DNA of 46,091 bases from Candidatus Latescibacterota bacterium (GTDB taxonomy: Bacteria; Latescibacterota; UBA2968), in contig JAYODI010000004.1 of the NCBI GenBank assembly GCA_038279365.1, positions 92,649 through 138,739 of the forward strand, given 5' to 3'. The notes under the pieces were generated by a model, which was given only the letters and a program-made list of their open reading frames with translations, made no database searches and had not been told where the DNA came from. Both the position numbers and the translations under genes were made by a program. Positions 16,905 through 26,474 of this stretch are shown piece by piece. Numbering within the stretch: position 1 is the stretch's first letter; each line of letters starts with the position of its first letter.

Positions 16905-17761
16905 GGTTGTGACCTTTTTGAATAAAACCAACTGCCCATCCAATATTTGAGTGCAATGCTCAATTTGTGTGGATTTGACAGGCGAATTTTGGAGTCAAAA
17001 ATATTGTAATCGGCTTTTTCGATTTGGGAGAGTAGGCCTGCATATATTTTGCCCATAATTTCTGCGGGAAACATTTTGGGGCGATCTGCTTTTGGCAATA
17101 GACGTGCCGCTTCTTGATAATAATGGTGGGTGCGTGTGGCTTGGAACGTCATCATTTTGACAAATGAGGAATTGTAATGCTGTTGGGCGAGATCTTTTTC
17201 TGTGTATGAAAACGTTTCAAAATCTTCAGCAGGCAAATAAATGCGGTTTTGTAAATAGTCTGTATGTACATCTCGCATGATGTTGGTTAATTGTAGAGCA
17301 AGCCCGAGGTTAATGGCATAGTCTTTGGTTTGGGGATTTGAGTAACCAAAAATCTCAATGCAAATCAGCCCCACAACAGAAGCCACCCGATAGCAATATT
17401 GGTACAGTTCATCAAATGTTTCGTAGCGATTTTTGACCAAATCCATTTCAACCCCATCAATAAGTGCAACGAAATGTTCTTTGGGAATTGCAAAATCTTG
17501 AAGGGTATTTTGTAGATTGATGGCGATGGGGTGGGTCGGAGAGCCGTGATAACAGGCTTGGAGTTCGTTGCGCCAAATATCAATGTCGTGTTTTGCTTGG
17601 TCTTTAGACGGCGCATCGTCAATAATGTCGTCTGTATGGCGGCTAAAGGCATAGGCCGCAAAAATGGCTTCTCTTTTTTTCTTCGGTAAAAAAACAAACG
17701 CATAATAAAAGTTGGTGCGTGCAGCTTTCACCAGTTTTGCTGTGTGTTGTTTGAAATTCAT
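16901..17761 (-). CDS. hpnD: Presqualene diphosphate synthase
   Basis: TNFYYAF, RHTDDIIDD, YCYRVASVVG, LQLTNIMRDV. Start ATG 17761 in a TAATG overlap with hpnC. Confidence 0.9.
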   Translation of the reverse strand: MNFKQHTAKLVKAARTNFYYAFVFLPKKKREAIFAAYAFSRHTDDIIDDAPSKDQAKHDIDIWRNELQACYHGSPTHPIAINLQNTLQDFAIPKEHFVALIDGVEMDLVKNRYETFDELYQYCYRVASVVGLICIEIFGYSNPQTKDYAINLGLALQLTNIMRDVHTDYLQNRIYLPAEDFETFSYTEKDLAQQHYNSSFVKMMTFQATRTHHYYQEAARLLPKADRPKMFPAEIMGKIYAGLLSQIEKADYNIFDSKIRLSNPHKLSIALKYWMGSWFYSKRSQP

Positions 17762-18654
17762 TATGTGCGCCAGTAAAAAGGCCAAAAGGCTTTGTATAAA
17801 ATGTGTGACAGATCGTTTTTTTGCAGCTTGGGGCGGTGATGAAAAATATCAAAATCATTTTGTTGAATTTTGTTCAAAATTTCTCGCCCACCCAACCATG
17901 TTAGGCGCAGTTCATAGCGCAAACGCCCATGCACTTGAGACAGCAATGGTTTGCCACTTTGAAAACATTTTTCAGTATGTTGGATGAGGTGCGTGAGAAG
18001 CGCTTTGAAATGGGGAGTTACTCGTTTTTGTTGTAAATCTTCTTCTGAAACACCAAAGTTTTGCATTTCTGTTTTGGGTAAATAGATGCGGTTTCGCGAA
18101 AAATCTATGGCAATGTCTTGCCAGAAATTGGCCAGTTGTAATGCGGTGCAAATGGCATCTGAGTAGTGGGCAACTTGTGCTGAATGATAACCAAACAAGT
18201 GCAAAATAAGACGGCCAACTGGATTGGCTGAGTAGGTGCAATAATGATGTAATTCATCTAATGTTTCATGACGATCGTGTTCCACATCCATCAAAAATGC
18301 GGTGAGCAAATCTTTTAATAATTGGATGGGAATTTGTTGGGTATGTATGGTGTGTGCCAGTGCGGTAAAAATAGGGCCATCTGGGCTTTTGTGGCAGGTA
18401 TCCAATTTGTCTTTCCAGTTTTTGAGCTGAGCAAGTCGCTCTGGCTTGGATAGGCCAGGTTCATCGGCAATGTCATCTGCAGTTCTGGCAAAGGCATAAA
18501 TGGCGTGAACGTGGGGGCGCACCTGTTTGGGAATGAGTAAAGAACCCACAGGGAAGTTCTCATAATGGGCCTTGGTGAGGTTGGCACAATGGGCATAGGC
18601 CTCTGAAAGCAGAATGGGGTTGGGGGCAGGGGGAGTGTTTACATTTTTTCTCAT
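17761..18654 (-). CDS. hpnC: Squalene synthase HpnC (hydroxysqualene synthase)
   Basis: HYENFPVGS, YAFARTADDIADE, SANPVGRL, SDAICTALQLANFWQD. Confidence 0.92.
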   Translation of the reverse strand: MRKNVNTPPAPNPILLSEAYAHCANLTKAHYENFPVGSLLIPKQVRPHVHAIYAFARTADDIADEPGLSKPERLAQLKNWKDKLDTCHKSPDGPIFTALAHTIHTQQIPIQLLKDLLTAFLMDVEHDRHETLDELHHYCTYSANPVGRLILHLFGYHSAQVAHYSDAICTALQLANFWQDIAIDFSRNRIYLPKTEMQNFGVSEEDLQQKRVTPHFKALLTHLIQHTEKCFQSGKPLLSQVHGRLRYELRLTWLGGREILNKIQQNDFDIFHHRPKLQKNDLSHILYKAFWPFYWRT

Positions 18655-18776
18655 AGGTCATAAGGTAAGATATTGCATGGATATCGGCAATTTCTTTCCA
18701 AAACGACACTTGGCTTTTGACTTGTTTGGTGTATATTGAGAAAAGTTTCCCAAAAATTATGAGGAGGCATGGTTTC

Positions 18777-19376
18777 ATGAAAAAAAAGGCTGATATAAAA
18801 GTTTTACCACCTGATAGCACTGGCACACACGCACACCAATTACATCTTTATTATGGCTTTGGAAAAGGCAAAACGACGTGCTGTATGGGGTTGGCATTGC
18901 GGGCATTAGGCGCGGGGCATCGGGTGGCTCTTGTTCAGTTTGATAAAGGCTATGACGGTGAAAATGAGCATTATGCTGAACGAAGAATTTTGCGCACGTT
19001 AGACGGTATTGATTTGGTGCCCACCGGATGTGAGCGCATGTTAGATGATGGTTCCTTTCGTTTTGGTGTAGAACAAAGAGATATTGCCGAAGCCCAGCGT
19101 GGGTTACAAGAAGCCCAAAAGTTAATTCGTGAAGGTCGCCATCATTTGGTTGTATTGGATGAAATTTTGGCCGCAGTGGCGTATGATTTGTTAGAGCAGA
19201 CCGATGTGATGGATTTGATAAGCCTTTGGCAAATATCAAAACCCTGTGAACTTGTTATGTCTGGGCACAAGGTATGGGAGGATTTGCTTGAACAGGCAGA
19301 TTTGGTTACTGAAATGCGCAAAGTGAAACACTATTATGCCAAAGGTGTTCCTGCCAGAGTGGGTGTTGAATTTTGA
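18777..19376 (+). CDS. cobO: Cob(I)yrinic acid a,c-diamide adenosyltransferase (CobO/BtuR)
   Basis: YGFGKGKTT..MGLALRA, QFDKG, LVVLDEI, ADLVTEMRKVKHYY.KGVPAR.GVEF; GAGGAGG RBS. Confidence 0.88.
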   Translation: MKKKADIKVLPPDSTGTHAHQLHLYYGFGKGKTTCCMGLALRALGAGHRVALVQFDKGYDGENEHYAERRILRTLDGIDLVPTGCERMLDDGSFRFGVEQRDIAEAQRGLQEAQKLIREGRHHLVVLDEILAAVAYDLLEQTDVMDLISLWQISKPCELVMSGHKVWEDLLEQADLVTEMRKVKHYYAKGVPARVGVEF

Positions 19377-19393
19377 TCAGGGAGAGATGATAC

Positions 19394-19789
19394 ATGTGGC
19401 ACTCGTTTTTTTTTGTGGGCATTGGAGGCGCATTGGGGGCGATGGGGCGCTATGGCTTGGCTCTTGTTGCCGATCGTGTGGTGGGAACCGCATTTGCTTG
19501 GGGCACGTTGGTTGCAAATTTACTGGGATGTTTATTGATTGGCTTTGCACTGGCACTTGCTGATGCACGTGTTGTTCTTGGACCTTCGGAACGGCTGTTT
19601 TTTATGACTGGTTTTTTAGGGGCATTAACAACTTTTTCGACCTATGCCTTAGAAAGTGTTTTATATGCCAAGTCTGGGGCTTGGAGCACCGCATTTTTTA
19701 ATATTTTTATGAATCACTTATTGGGTATAGCTCTGGTTTTGGTGGGGCTTTGGTTGGGGGGGCGTGTGGTTGCCATGATGGGAGAGTAA
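19394..19789 (+). CDS. crcB: Fluoride efflux channel CrcB/FluC
   Basis: GGALGAMGRY, GTLVANLLGC, GFLGALTTFST. Confidence 0.93.
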   Translation: MWHSFFFVGIGGALGAMGRYGLALVADRVVGTAFAWGTLVANLLGCLLIGFALALADARVVLGPSERLFFMTGFLGALTTFSTYALESVLYAKSGAWSTAFFNIFMNHLLGIALVLVGLWLGGRVVAMMGE

Positions 19790-19820
19790 AAAGAAAAAGG
19801 ATGTGCTTTTTTATCCATAG

Positions 19821-19860
19821 AAAAGAAGCCCCGAATGGCATTTGCCATTCGGGGCTTCTT
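19821..19860. terminator. Terminator hairpin between convergent crcB and oxidoreductase
   Basis: AAGAAGCCCCGAATGGCA-TT-TGCCATTCGGGGCTTCTT. Confidence 0.85.
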
Positions 19861-19863
19861 AAC

Positions 19864-20898
19864 TTATTTGTATTTGGCTTTCAGTGTTTTGCCTTGTTCG
19901 GCACTGCGACAGGCCAAATCGAGAATGTGGATGGGGCGCCTGGACCATTCGGGGGTAATGATGAGGTCTTCCTCTTTGGCCAAGTGATTGGCAATATTAC
20001 CATAATACTTGGGATACTGACTGGGTGGGTTTTCGCCCGTAGTGACCACCTTGCGGTTGCCTTTCATTTGAATGATCTCATACGTTCGTCCATCAAAAAT
20101 GTAAGACCCTTCTGTGCCTGTAATTTCAAGCCAACCTTTTTTTGCATTAGAAGCCATGCTGGACATCGTTAAGTTGATCCAACCGCCATTGGCAAATCGC
20201 ACAATTGCCGAGGCTTCATCTTCGTTGGTATCTTTTTTCCAGGCCGTTTTTTGTGCCCACAAACCATTGTGTGCAAAACCAGTGACTTCAGATATGTCAG
20301 ACTTTAAGAGTTGAAGAGAATATTCAAGCAGGTGAACGCCCCAATCGTAAAGAATGCCGCCAGATATAGACTTGCTGCTTCGCCACCAATCGCCGGGTTT
20401 GCCATATCCACCCATGTGTGCTTCTATGCGATAGATGTCTCCAATGACTTTGCGTTTGTGGATGTTTTTGAGGGCTTCAAGCACACAGCCGTCCCAATGG
20501 CGGTTGTGGTACGTGGATAGCAGAAGTTTTCGCTTTTTTGCTTCGCGAATCATGGCGTCACACTCGGCCGTGGTAATGGCTAAGGGTTTTTCACTAATGA
20601 CATGTCGTCCTGCGCGCAGGCATTGTAGGGCTATTTGAGCATGGGTGTTGTGTGGTGTGATGATGACGACCAAGTTGACATCGGATTCTTGGAGCATCTT
20701 GTCAACCGTGTTGTAGGTTTGGATGCCAGGAAATTCTTCTTCGGCAACTTTGAGGCGCGAAGGATCTATTTCTGAAACTGCAACAGGTGTCATGCCTGCG
20801 CGCTTCATAAAGGTGAGGTGTTGGCGGCCCATATTAAAGGCACCGCCATATCCAATAACGCCTACTTTGATCGCACGTGCATTTTTAAATTGTGGCAT
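19864..20898 (-). CDS. Gfo/Idh/MocA family oxidoreductase
   Basis: VGVIGYG, TPHNTH, HVISEKP, YHNRHWD, GGILYDWGVH. Confidence 0.92.
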   Translation of the reverse strand: MPQFKNARAIKVGVIGYGGAFNMGRQHLTFMKRAGMTPVAVSEIDPSRLKVAEEEFPGIQTYNTVDKMLQESDVNLVVIITPHNTHAQIALQCLRAGRHVISEKPLAITTAECDAMIREAKKRKLLLSTYHNRHWDGCVLEALKNIHKRKVIGDIYRIEAHMGGYGKPGDWWRSSKSISGGILYDWGVHLLEYSLQLLKSDISEVTGFAHNGLWAQKTAWKKDTNEDEASAIVRFANGGWINLTMSSMASNAKKGWLEITGTEGSYIFDGRTYEIIQMKGNRKVVTTGENPPSQYPKYYGNIANHLAKEEDLIITPEWSRRPIHILDLACRSAEQGKTLKAKYK

Positions 20899-20952
20899 AG
20901 CATTTCCTTTTTGAGTGAGAAGAATGGAATAACGGTTTTTGGAGTGGGCGCA

Positions 20953-22323
20953 TTATTGTCCCAATCCAGCATCTTTGAAAATTTGTTCATGTTCATTGGC
21001 CAAAAGATTGAGTGCCTCTTGAGGGGGGCGCACATTGTCAATGGCTTCACCTAAATACCGTTGGGAGACAGCCAACAGTTCATTGTAAACGGGGACGTTC
21101 CAAAAGTCTTGCACATAGTCGAGTGATTCAGCAAATGGAGCATTATAGGGTGTGGCGTTTTTAAAGGCTTCACTTTTTAAGATATCGGTGTTGGCCGTGA
21201 ATCCGGCATCTTTGGTGATCCATTCCTTTTGAATATTGTTTTGCAAAAACCAGGCAATAAATTTTTTGGATAATTCTTGTTGCTCTTTGGACACTTTGGT
21301 TGAAATGCTAAATCCTTGACCGCCCAAACTAATTGCTCTGCGGTTTTGAGTAGATATTTTGACCGGTTTGCCACCTATGGTCATCATTTCGTTTGCTTTT
21401 ATTTGGGGCACCATAAAAAATCCTGCTTTATCGCCCATTTGTTTTACGATGCCGGGAAAAAATGCAAAATAATTCATACTCATGGCTGTAGAGCCATTTA
21501 TAAATGCTTCGTAGGTTTTGCCATAATCAAAATTGGAAGCCCCGTTTGGTGACAGCGCAATGAGGCTTTTAAAGAATTCGACACCCGCAGCCACTTCAGG
21601 TTTGTTGACATGGCCCTGAACTTGAAATGTGTTGCTGTTTCCCCAAGTGCCACCAAACCCCCACATAAACATTTGGAACCCCATGGTGAGCGAGTCGTAA
21701 CCGCGGCCTGTTAACAGGGCGCATCCGTATTGTTTGTCGTTTGGTCGATAAAAGAATTCGGCAATTTCTTTAAACTCTTTCCAGGTGTTGGGTGTGGTGA
21801 GATCTCGGCCATATTTTTGTTTAAAGGCCGATTTTTCTTGTTCATTTTCAAACCAATCTTTGCGATAAACAAACCCAACGGCATCTGTTTCACAAGGTGC
21901 TGCATAAAATTTCCCACTGTCTGGAGGATATTCACAAAGGTATTTGGCGGCACGTGGGTGGATTTTACTCATATCTGTTGCCGATGGCAACCAGTCTGTC
22001 AACTCAACGTAAAGCCCACGTGTGGCGCCTCGGCCAATCCACTGGCTGTCGCCTATTACCATGTCAAAATCGGTGACCTGGTTGCCAAAGTTTAGAAACA
22101 CTTGATCTTGGTAAGACGACCACGGAATTTGATGCACTTTGACGGCAATTCCGGTTTCTTTTTCAAATTGGTTGCCTAACTCTTGAAGGCCTACGGCAGG
22201 ATCCCATTGTGCCCACCAAATGGTAATGGCTTTTTTGTTATCTGATTGTGGAGATTGTGTACCACAACCCAGTGTGACAATGAAAAAGCTTATGCAAAAC
22301 ATAAGCTTAAGCAGATATTTCAT
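20953..22323 (-). CDS. ABC transporter sugar-binding lipoprotein (SBP family 1)
   Basis: Lipobox TLGC; FEKETGI.V, YRKDWF, P.TW.EF..IAEFF, LGGQG. No permease adjacent. Confidence 0.88.
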   Translation of the reverse strand: MKYLLKLMFCISFFIVTLGCGTQSPQSDNKKAITIWWAQWDPAVGLQELGNQFEKETGIAVKVHQIPWSSYQDQVFLNFGNQVTDFDMVIGDSQWIGRGATRGLYVELTDWLPSATDMSKIHPRAAKYLCEYPPDSGKFYAAPCETDAVGFVYRKDWFENEQEKSAFKQKYGRDLTTPNTWKEFKEIAEFFYRPNDKQYGCALLTGRGYDSLTMGFQMFMWGFGGTWGNSNTFQVQGHVNKPEVAAGVEFFKSLIALSPNGASNFDYGKTYEAFINGSTAMSMNYFAFFPGIVKQMGDKAGFFMVPQIKANEMMTIGGKPVKISTQNRRAISLGGQGFSISTKVSKEQQELSKKFIAWFLQNNIQKEWITKDAGFTANTDILKSEAFKNATPYNAPFAESLDYVQDFWNVPVYNELLAVSQRYLGEAIDNVRPPQEALNLLANEHEQIFKDAGLGQ

Positions 22324-22561
22324 AGATGCTCCCCCAAAAAGTGACAATAGAAATTACGGGACGCTGATGTGATAAGGAAAAAAGAACGCGCTGTCAAGTG
22401 GTTCGCATATGGGATCTGTTTGAGAAGGTCTTGCTTTTTCTGTGGGGTGCCTTATTTTGATCATTGTGGATAAAATGAAACAAAAGCAGTCGCGTTTATT
22501 CCCGATATTGTGGTATTGTTAATGTGATGTACTGGTCGTTTTGGGGATTGGAATGGAGGAT

Positions 22562-23446
22562 ATGGGCGTGGATTTGGATGATGATGTGGATATAGAGAAG
22601 GTTGCTGAGGGATGTCGGTTTACCGAAGGCCCAGCAGCAGATGCTGATGGCAATTTGTTTTTTTCAGATTCTCCCAATAACCGTATTATGGTGTTGCGTT
22701 CTAATGGCAAAACGGAGGTTTGGAAACAACCTTGTGGCAGGGCAAATGGGATGAACTTTGATGCCGATGGCCGATTGGTTACCTGTTGTGCACAAGGCGA
22801 TGGGGGGGCAAGGGAGGTTCAGCGCTATGAACACGATGGTTCTGTGACCGTTTTGGCCTCGCAGTATGAGGGCAAGCGGTTAAATAGCCCCAATGATTTG
22901 TGTTTTGATCCCCAAGGGCGTATTTATTTTACAGATCCGCGATATGGTGATCGCTCAGACCTTGAACAAGATGTGATGGGTGTGTATCGCATTGAAAATG
23001 ATGGACAGTTGACGCGCGTGATTGATGATGTGGAAACACCCAATGGCATTTTGATGACGCCTGATGGGCGAACGATTTATTTGGTTGATAACAATCCCGA
23101 TGAAGGTGGGGCGCGAACCCTGCTTACCTATGGTTATGACGTTGGAACGGATACCTGGTTACGCAAAGCTGAGTTGTATGATTTTGCTCCAGGACGCGGT
23201 GGTGATGGGATGGTTTTGGATATGGAAGGCAATGTTTATTTAACGGCTGGCGTGGGAGAGTTGGGTGGGGTGTATGTGTTTTCTGCACAAGGCCAGCAAT
23301 ACAGTTTTTTACCCACCCCAGAGACTCCAACCAATTGTACTTTTGGTGGTCCAGATTTGAGCACATTGTATATTACGGCCAGCACATCGGTTTATGCAGT
23401 TGAATGCCAAGTTCCTGGTTGTCTTGCTTTTCCGCGTTTATCTTAG
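22562..23446 (+). CDS. SMP-30/gluconolactonase family beta-propeller
   Basis: FTEGP, ANG, YEGKRLNSPNDL, YFTDP.YG, PNGI, DGM..D.EGN, PTNCTFGG; GGAGGA RBS before ATG 22562. Confidence 0.92.
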   Translation: MGVDLDDDVDIEKVAEGCRFTEGPAADADGNLFFSDSPNNRIMVLRSNGKTEVWKQPCGRANGMNFDADGRLVTCCAQGDGGAREVQRYEHDGSVTVLASQYEGKRLNSPNDLCFDPQGRIYFTDPRYGDRSDLEQDVMGVYRIENDGQLTRVIDDVETPNGILMTPDGRTIYLVDNNPDEGGARTLLTYGYDVGTDTWLRKAELYDFAPGRGGDGMVLDMEGNVYLTAGVGELGGVYVFSAQGQQYSFLPTPETPTNCTFGGPDLSTLYITASTSVYAVECQVPGCLAFPRLS

Positions 23447-23463
23447 CTGATTGGAGGTTGGAA

Positions 23464-24255
23464 ATGAAAATTGGTGTTACTCAGATTATTTTGGGCAGTT
23501 GGTCGTTGGAAGATACGTTGGATTTGTGTCAGGAAGCAGGATATGAAGCACTCGAATTGGTATTTGGGGCTGGGCGTGATCCTCATGTGGATATGAGTGA
23601 TGACGAAATTAGGACGGTTAAGAAAAAATGTGACGATGCGGGTGTTGAGGTGACCAGTGCCATTGCTTGGTATGAAGACCGAGGCAATATGTTGAGTTTG
23701 AATTCGGCGGCAAATGAAGCGGGTTTAAAGTGTTTGACGCGCGCAATTGATATCGCAAATGTGATGGATGTGGGGGCGATTTTGTTGCACCCTGGGCAAT
23801 TAACGGTTGAGGGTACCTATGAAGCTGCTTGGGATCGTTTTTTGGGTATGATGAAAGAAATTGCGCCATATGCCCAAGAAAAAAAGGTGGCCGTAGGTAT
23901 TGAAAATGTTTGGAATAAGTTTTTGTTGACACCTCGTGAAAATGCCGAATTTGTCGATGCGATTGGAAATGATTTTGTGGGTGTCTATCTGGATACTGCC
24001 AATATGATGTTTTATGGATTTCCCGAGCATTGGATACGTGGTTTGGGTAAGCGCATCAAACGCGTACATTTTAAAGATTTCGTACGCAAGGATCGCCAGT
24101 TTGTTCCATTGATGGATGGAGACACAGATTGGGCAACCATTGTATCCTTGTTGCGAGAAATGGGGTATGACAATTCGGTGATTCACGAAGTGGGTGGTGA
24201 TCGAAGTGTGCAAATTGAAATGGCCAAACGCATGAAAAAGATTGTGGGGATGTAA
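23464..24255 (+). CDS. Sugar phosphate isomerase/epimerase (TIM barrel, ketose 3-epimerase-like)
   Basis: GIENVWNKF, YLDTAN, VHFKDF, DGDTDW, IHEV metal-site motifs. Confidence 0.88.
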   Translation: MKIGVTQIILGSWSLEDTLDLCQEAGYEALELVFGAGRDPHVDMSDDEIRTVKKKCDDAGVEVTSAIAWYEDRGNMLSLNSAANEAGLKCLTRAIDIANVMDVGAILLHPGQLTVEGTYEAAWDRFLGMMKEIAPYAQEKKVAVGIENVWNKFLLTPRENAEFVDAIGNDFVGVYLDTANMMFYGFPEHWIRGLGKRIKRVHFKDFVRKDRQFVPLMDGDTDWATIVSLLREMGYDNSVIHEVGGDRSVQIEMAKRMKKIVGM

Positions 24256-25301
24256 TGGGGGAAGATATGAGACGTGTGGCAGCGATTGATGGGGCAGGGC
24301 ATATTTCTATTATTGATGAGCCCATGCCACAACCCAAACCCGGACAGGTGCTCATAGATGTCAAAGCCAGTATGGTCAGTCCTGGAACAGAGTTGGGCGG
24401 AGTAAAGCGCAGACGTGAAAATCCCACAGATGCCCCACCACGACCTTTTGGATATTCCAATGCAGGGGTGGTCATTGGCACGGGGGAAGGATGTGAAGAC
24501 ATTGCATTGGGGACACGTGTGGCGTGTATGGGGGGGGGATATGCCCAACATGCAAGCCATGCATGTATTCCGCGCAATATGGCAGTGCCCATTCCAGATG
24601 GGGTGTCGTTTGAACATGCTGCATCTATTCATTTGGTTGCGACAGGGTTGAATGCCTTTCGGCGGGGTGATTTTCGTTTGGGTGAGTTTGTGGGAGTTGT
24701 TGGTTTGGGGTTGGTTGGTCAATTTACATGTCAGTTGGCCCGTTTGGCCGGTTGTCATGTAATAGCTTTAGATCAACTGCCCATGCGTTTGGAAAAAGCC
24801 AATGTCTGTGGGCTTGAGCGAGGGGTCAATGTGAAAGAAGAAGATCCCATTTCTGTCGCTCCTGTTTTTTCGCGTGGTTATGGTGTGGATGGTGCGGTTA
24901 TTGCCTTTGGTGGGGATGGCACACAAGCTTTTGTCACGCTTACAAAAATGATTAAAAAGTCACCTGACACCCATCTGATGGGGCGCATTGTTATTGTGGG
25001 TGGGGCACGCATAGAACACAATTTTGCAGCTGCATTGGGTAATTTAGATGTGCGCAGTGCTGCACGTACTGGGCCTGGTTACCATGATGAAGCGTGGGAA
25101 CATGGTGCAGATTATCCCAGTGTGTTTATTCAATGGACAACACGGCGCAATATGGAAGAGTGTTTGATGTTTATGGCCACGGGGGGATTGTTGGTAGATC
25201 CATTAATTACCCATCGGGTTGCACTTGATGAGGCACCAAAAGCATGCGAAGACTTAATTCAACACCCTGATCGGGCATTGGGTGTGGTTTTTTTACCATA
25301 G
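24255..25301 (+). CDS. MDR-family (zinc-binding-type) alcohol dehydrogenase
   Basis: VSPGTE, FGYSNAGVV, VVGLGLVGQ, LITHR; TAATG coupling to the upstream gene. Confidence 0.87.
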   Translation: MGEDMRRVAAIDGAGHISIIDEPMPQPKPGQVLIDVKASMVSPGTELGGVKRRRENPTDAPPRPFGYSNAGVVIGTGEGCEDIALGTRVACMGGGYAQHASHACIPRNMAVPIPDGVSFEHAASIHLVATGLNAFRRGDFRLGEFVGVVGLGLVGQFTCQLARLAGCHVIALDQLPMRLEKANVCGLERGVNVKEEDPISVAPVFSRGYGVDGAVIAFGGDGTQAFVTLTKMIKKSPDTHLMGRIVIVGGARIEHNFAAALGNLDVRSAARTGPGYHDEAWEHGADYPSVFIQWTTRRNMEECLMFMATGGLLVDPLITHRVALDEAPKACEDLIQHPDRALGVVFLP

Positions 25302-25309
25302 AAAATGAT

Positions 25310-26380
25310 ATGGCAGATAAAATATATCGCGTGGGTGCGATAGGACATACGGGGCGTGGGAATTATGGGCATGGGTTGCACTTGGCCTATCGGGGATTAG
25401 ACAATGTGGTTTTTGTCGCCATTGCAGATCCAGATGATGCAGGCCGACAAAAAGCCGTTTCTGAATCTGGAGCTGTGCGTGATTATGTCCATTATGCCGA
25501 TATGTTGGCCCAAGAGACATTGGATATTGTGAGTGTGTGCCCGCGTTGGGTTGATCAACATGAAGATATGCTATTGGCCTGCATTGAGGCGGGGTGTCAT
25601 ATCTATTGTGAGAAGCCCATGACGGCAGATTTGGCATCTGCAGATCGCATTGTAAAAAAGGCCAAATTGGCCCAGGTGAAGATTGCTGTTGCACACCAAG
25701 GTGTGTACTTGCCTCAATTGCAAGCCGTGCGCAATTTGGTTGTTTCTGGGCGCATTGGAAAGCTGTTGGCGATGGAGGCCTATGGAAAACAAGACCGGCG
25801 TGGAGGGGGAGAAGATGCATTGGTGTTGGGGACCCATTTGTTTAATATGATGCGTTTTTTTGCGGGTGACCCAACGTCCGTTTTGGGATATGTCAGCAAA
25901 AATGGCAAAGCGGTGAAAATTGACGATGCCCAAGAAGCTGGTGAACCTATTGGTCTGATAGCTGGTGATTTTGTCATGAGCACCTATCTGTTTCATGAGG
26001 GTGTTACGGGGCATTTTGTCTCGCGCAAAAACCAGCCAGGAAATGGGCGTGGTTATGGCCTTGTTCTTGTGGGGGAGACTGGGCGCATTGCGATAAGTGG
26101 CAATGCCAATGATGTTGCTGTATTAGAGGCGTGGGCGCCATGGGAAGGGAAATTGGCTTGGGAAGAATTGGCTGTTCCTAAGGGATCATTACAAGAAGAT
26201 GGCAATCGGTTGGCTGTTTTAGATCTTATGAATGCAATTGAAAATGATCGCACGCCAATTTCATCCGACGAGGATGCAAGGTGGGCTTTGGAAATGATAC
26301 ATGGTATTTATGCATCTCATTTGTCTAAGGAACGTACAGATTTGCCTTTGTTAAAACGCACACATCCTTTAGCCAGATAA
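25310..26380 (+). CDS. Gfo/Idh/MocA family oxidoreductase
   Basis: GHTGRGNYGHGL, HIYCEKP, GKQDRRGGGED.LVLGTH. Confidence 0.9.
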   Translation: MADKIYRVGAIGHTGRGNYGHGLHLAYRGLDNVVFVAIADPDDAGRQKAVSESGAVRDYVHYADMLAQETLDIVSVCPRWVDQHEDMLLACIEAGCHIYCEKPMTADLASADRIVKKAKLAQVKIAVAHQGVYLPQLQAVRNLVVSGRIGKLLAMEAYGKQDRRGGGEDALVLGTHLFNMMRFFAGDPTSVLGYVSKNGKAVKIDDAQEAGEPIGLIAGDFVMSTYLFHEGVTGHFVSRKNQPGNGRGYGLVLVGETGRIAISGNANDVAVLEAWAPWEGKLAWEELAVPKGSLQEDGNRLAVLDLMNAIENDRTPISSDEDARWALEMIHGIYASHLSKERTDLPLLKRTHPLAR

Positions 26381-26474
26381 TGGGCTAAAAGTTGTGTGGT
26401 GCTTCACTTTATGATACATTTGTAATTATAAATTTTTCTGATAGATTTTTTGGGGTGGCGTAGGAGGTTGTGGC

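Noticed and set aside
15588-18654. Carotenoid crtB/crtI cluster
   Set aside because: Two synthase paralogues with the HpnC HYENF motif plus HpnE-specific motifs fit hpnCDE better.
18655-18776. Cobalamin riboswitch upstream of cobO
   Set aside because: Short AT-rich divergent promoter region with no B12-box seen.
19377-19393. Fluoride riboswitch upstream of crcB
   Set aside because: Only 17 nt separate cobO and crcB, and no motif was recognised.
24530-24538. G9 homopolymer as a phase-variation tract
   Set aside because: In frame, encoding M-G-G-G in a metabolic enzyme; G runs are common throughout this window.
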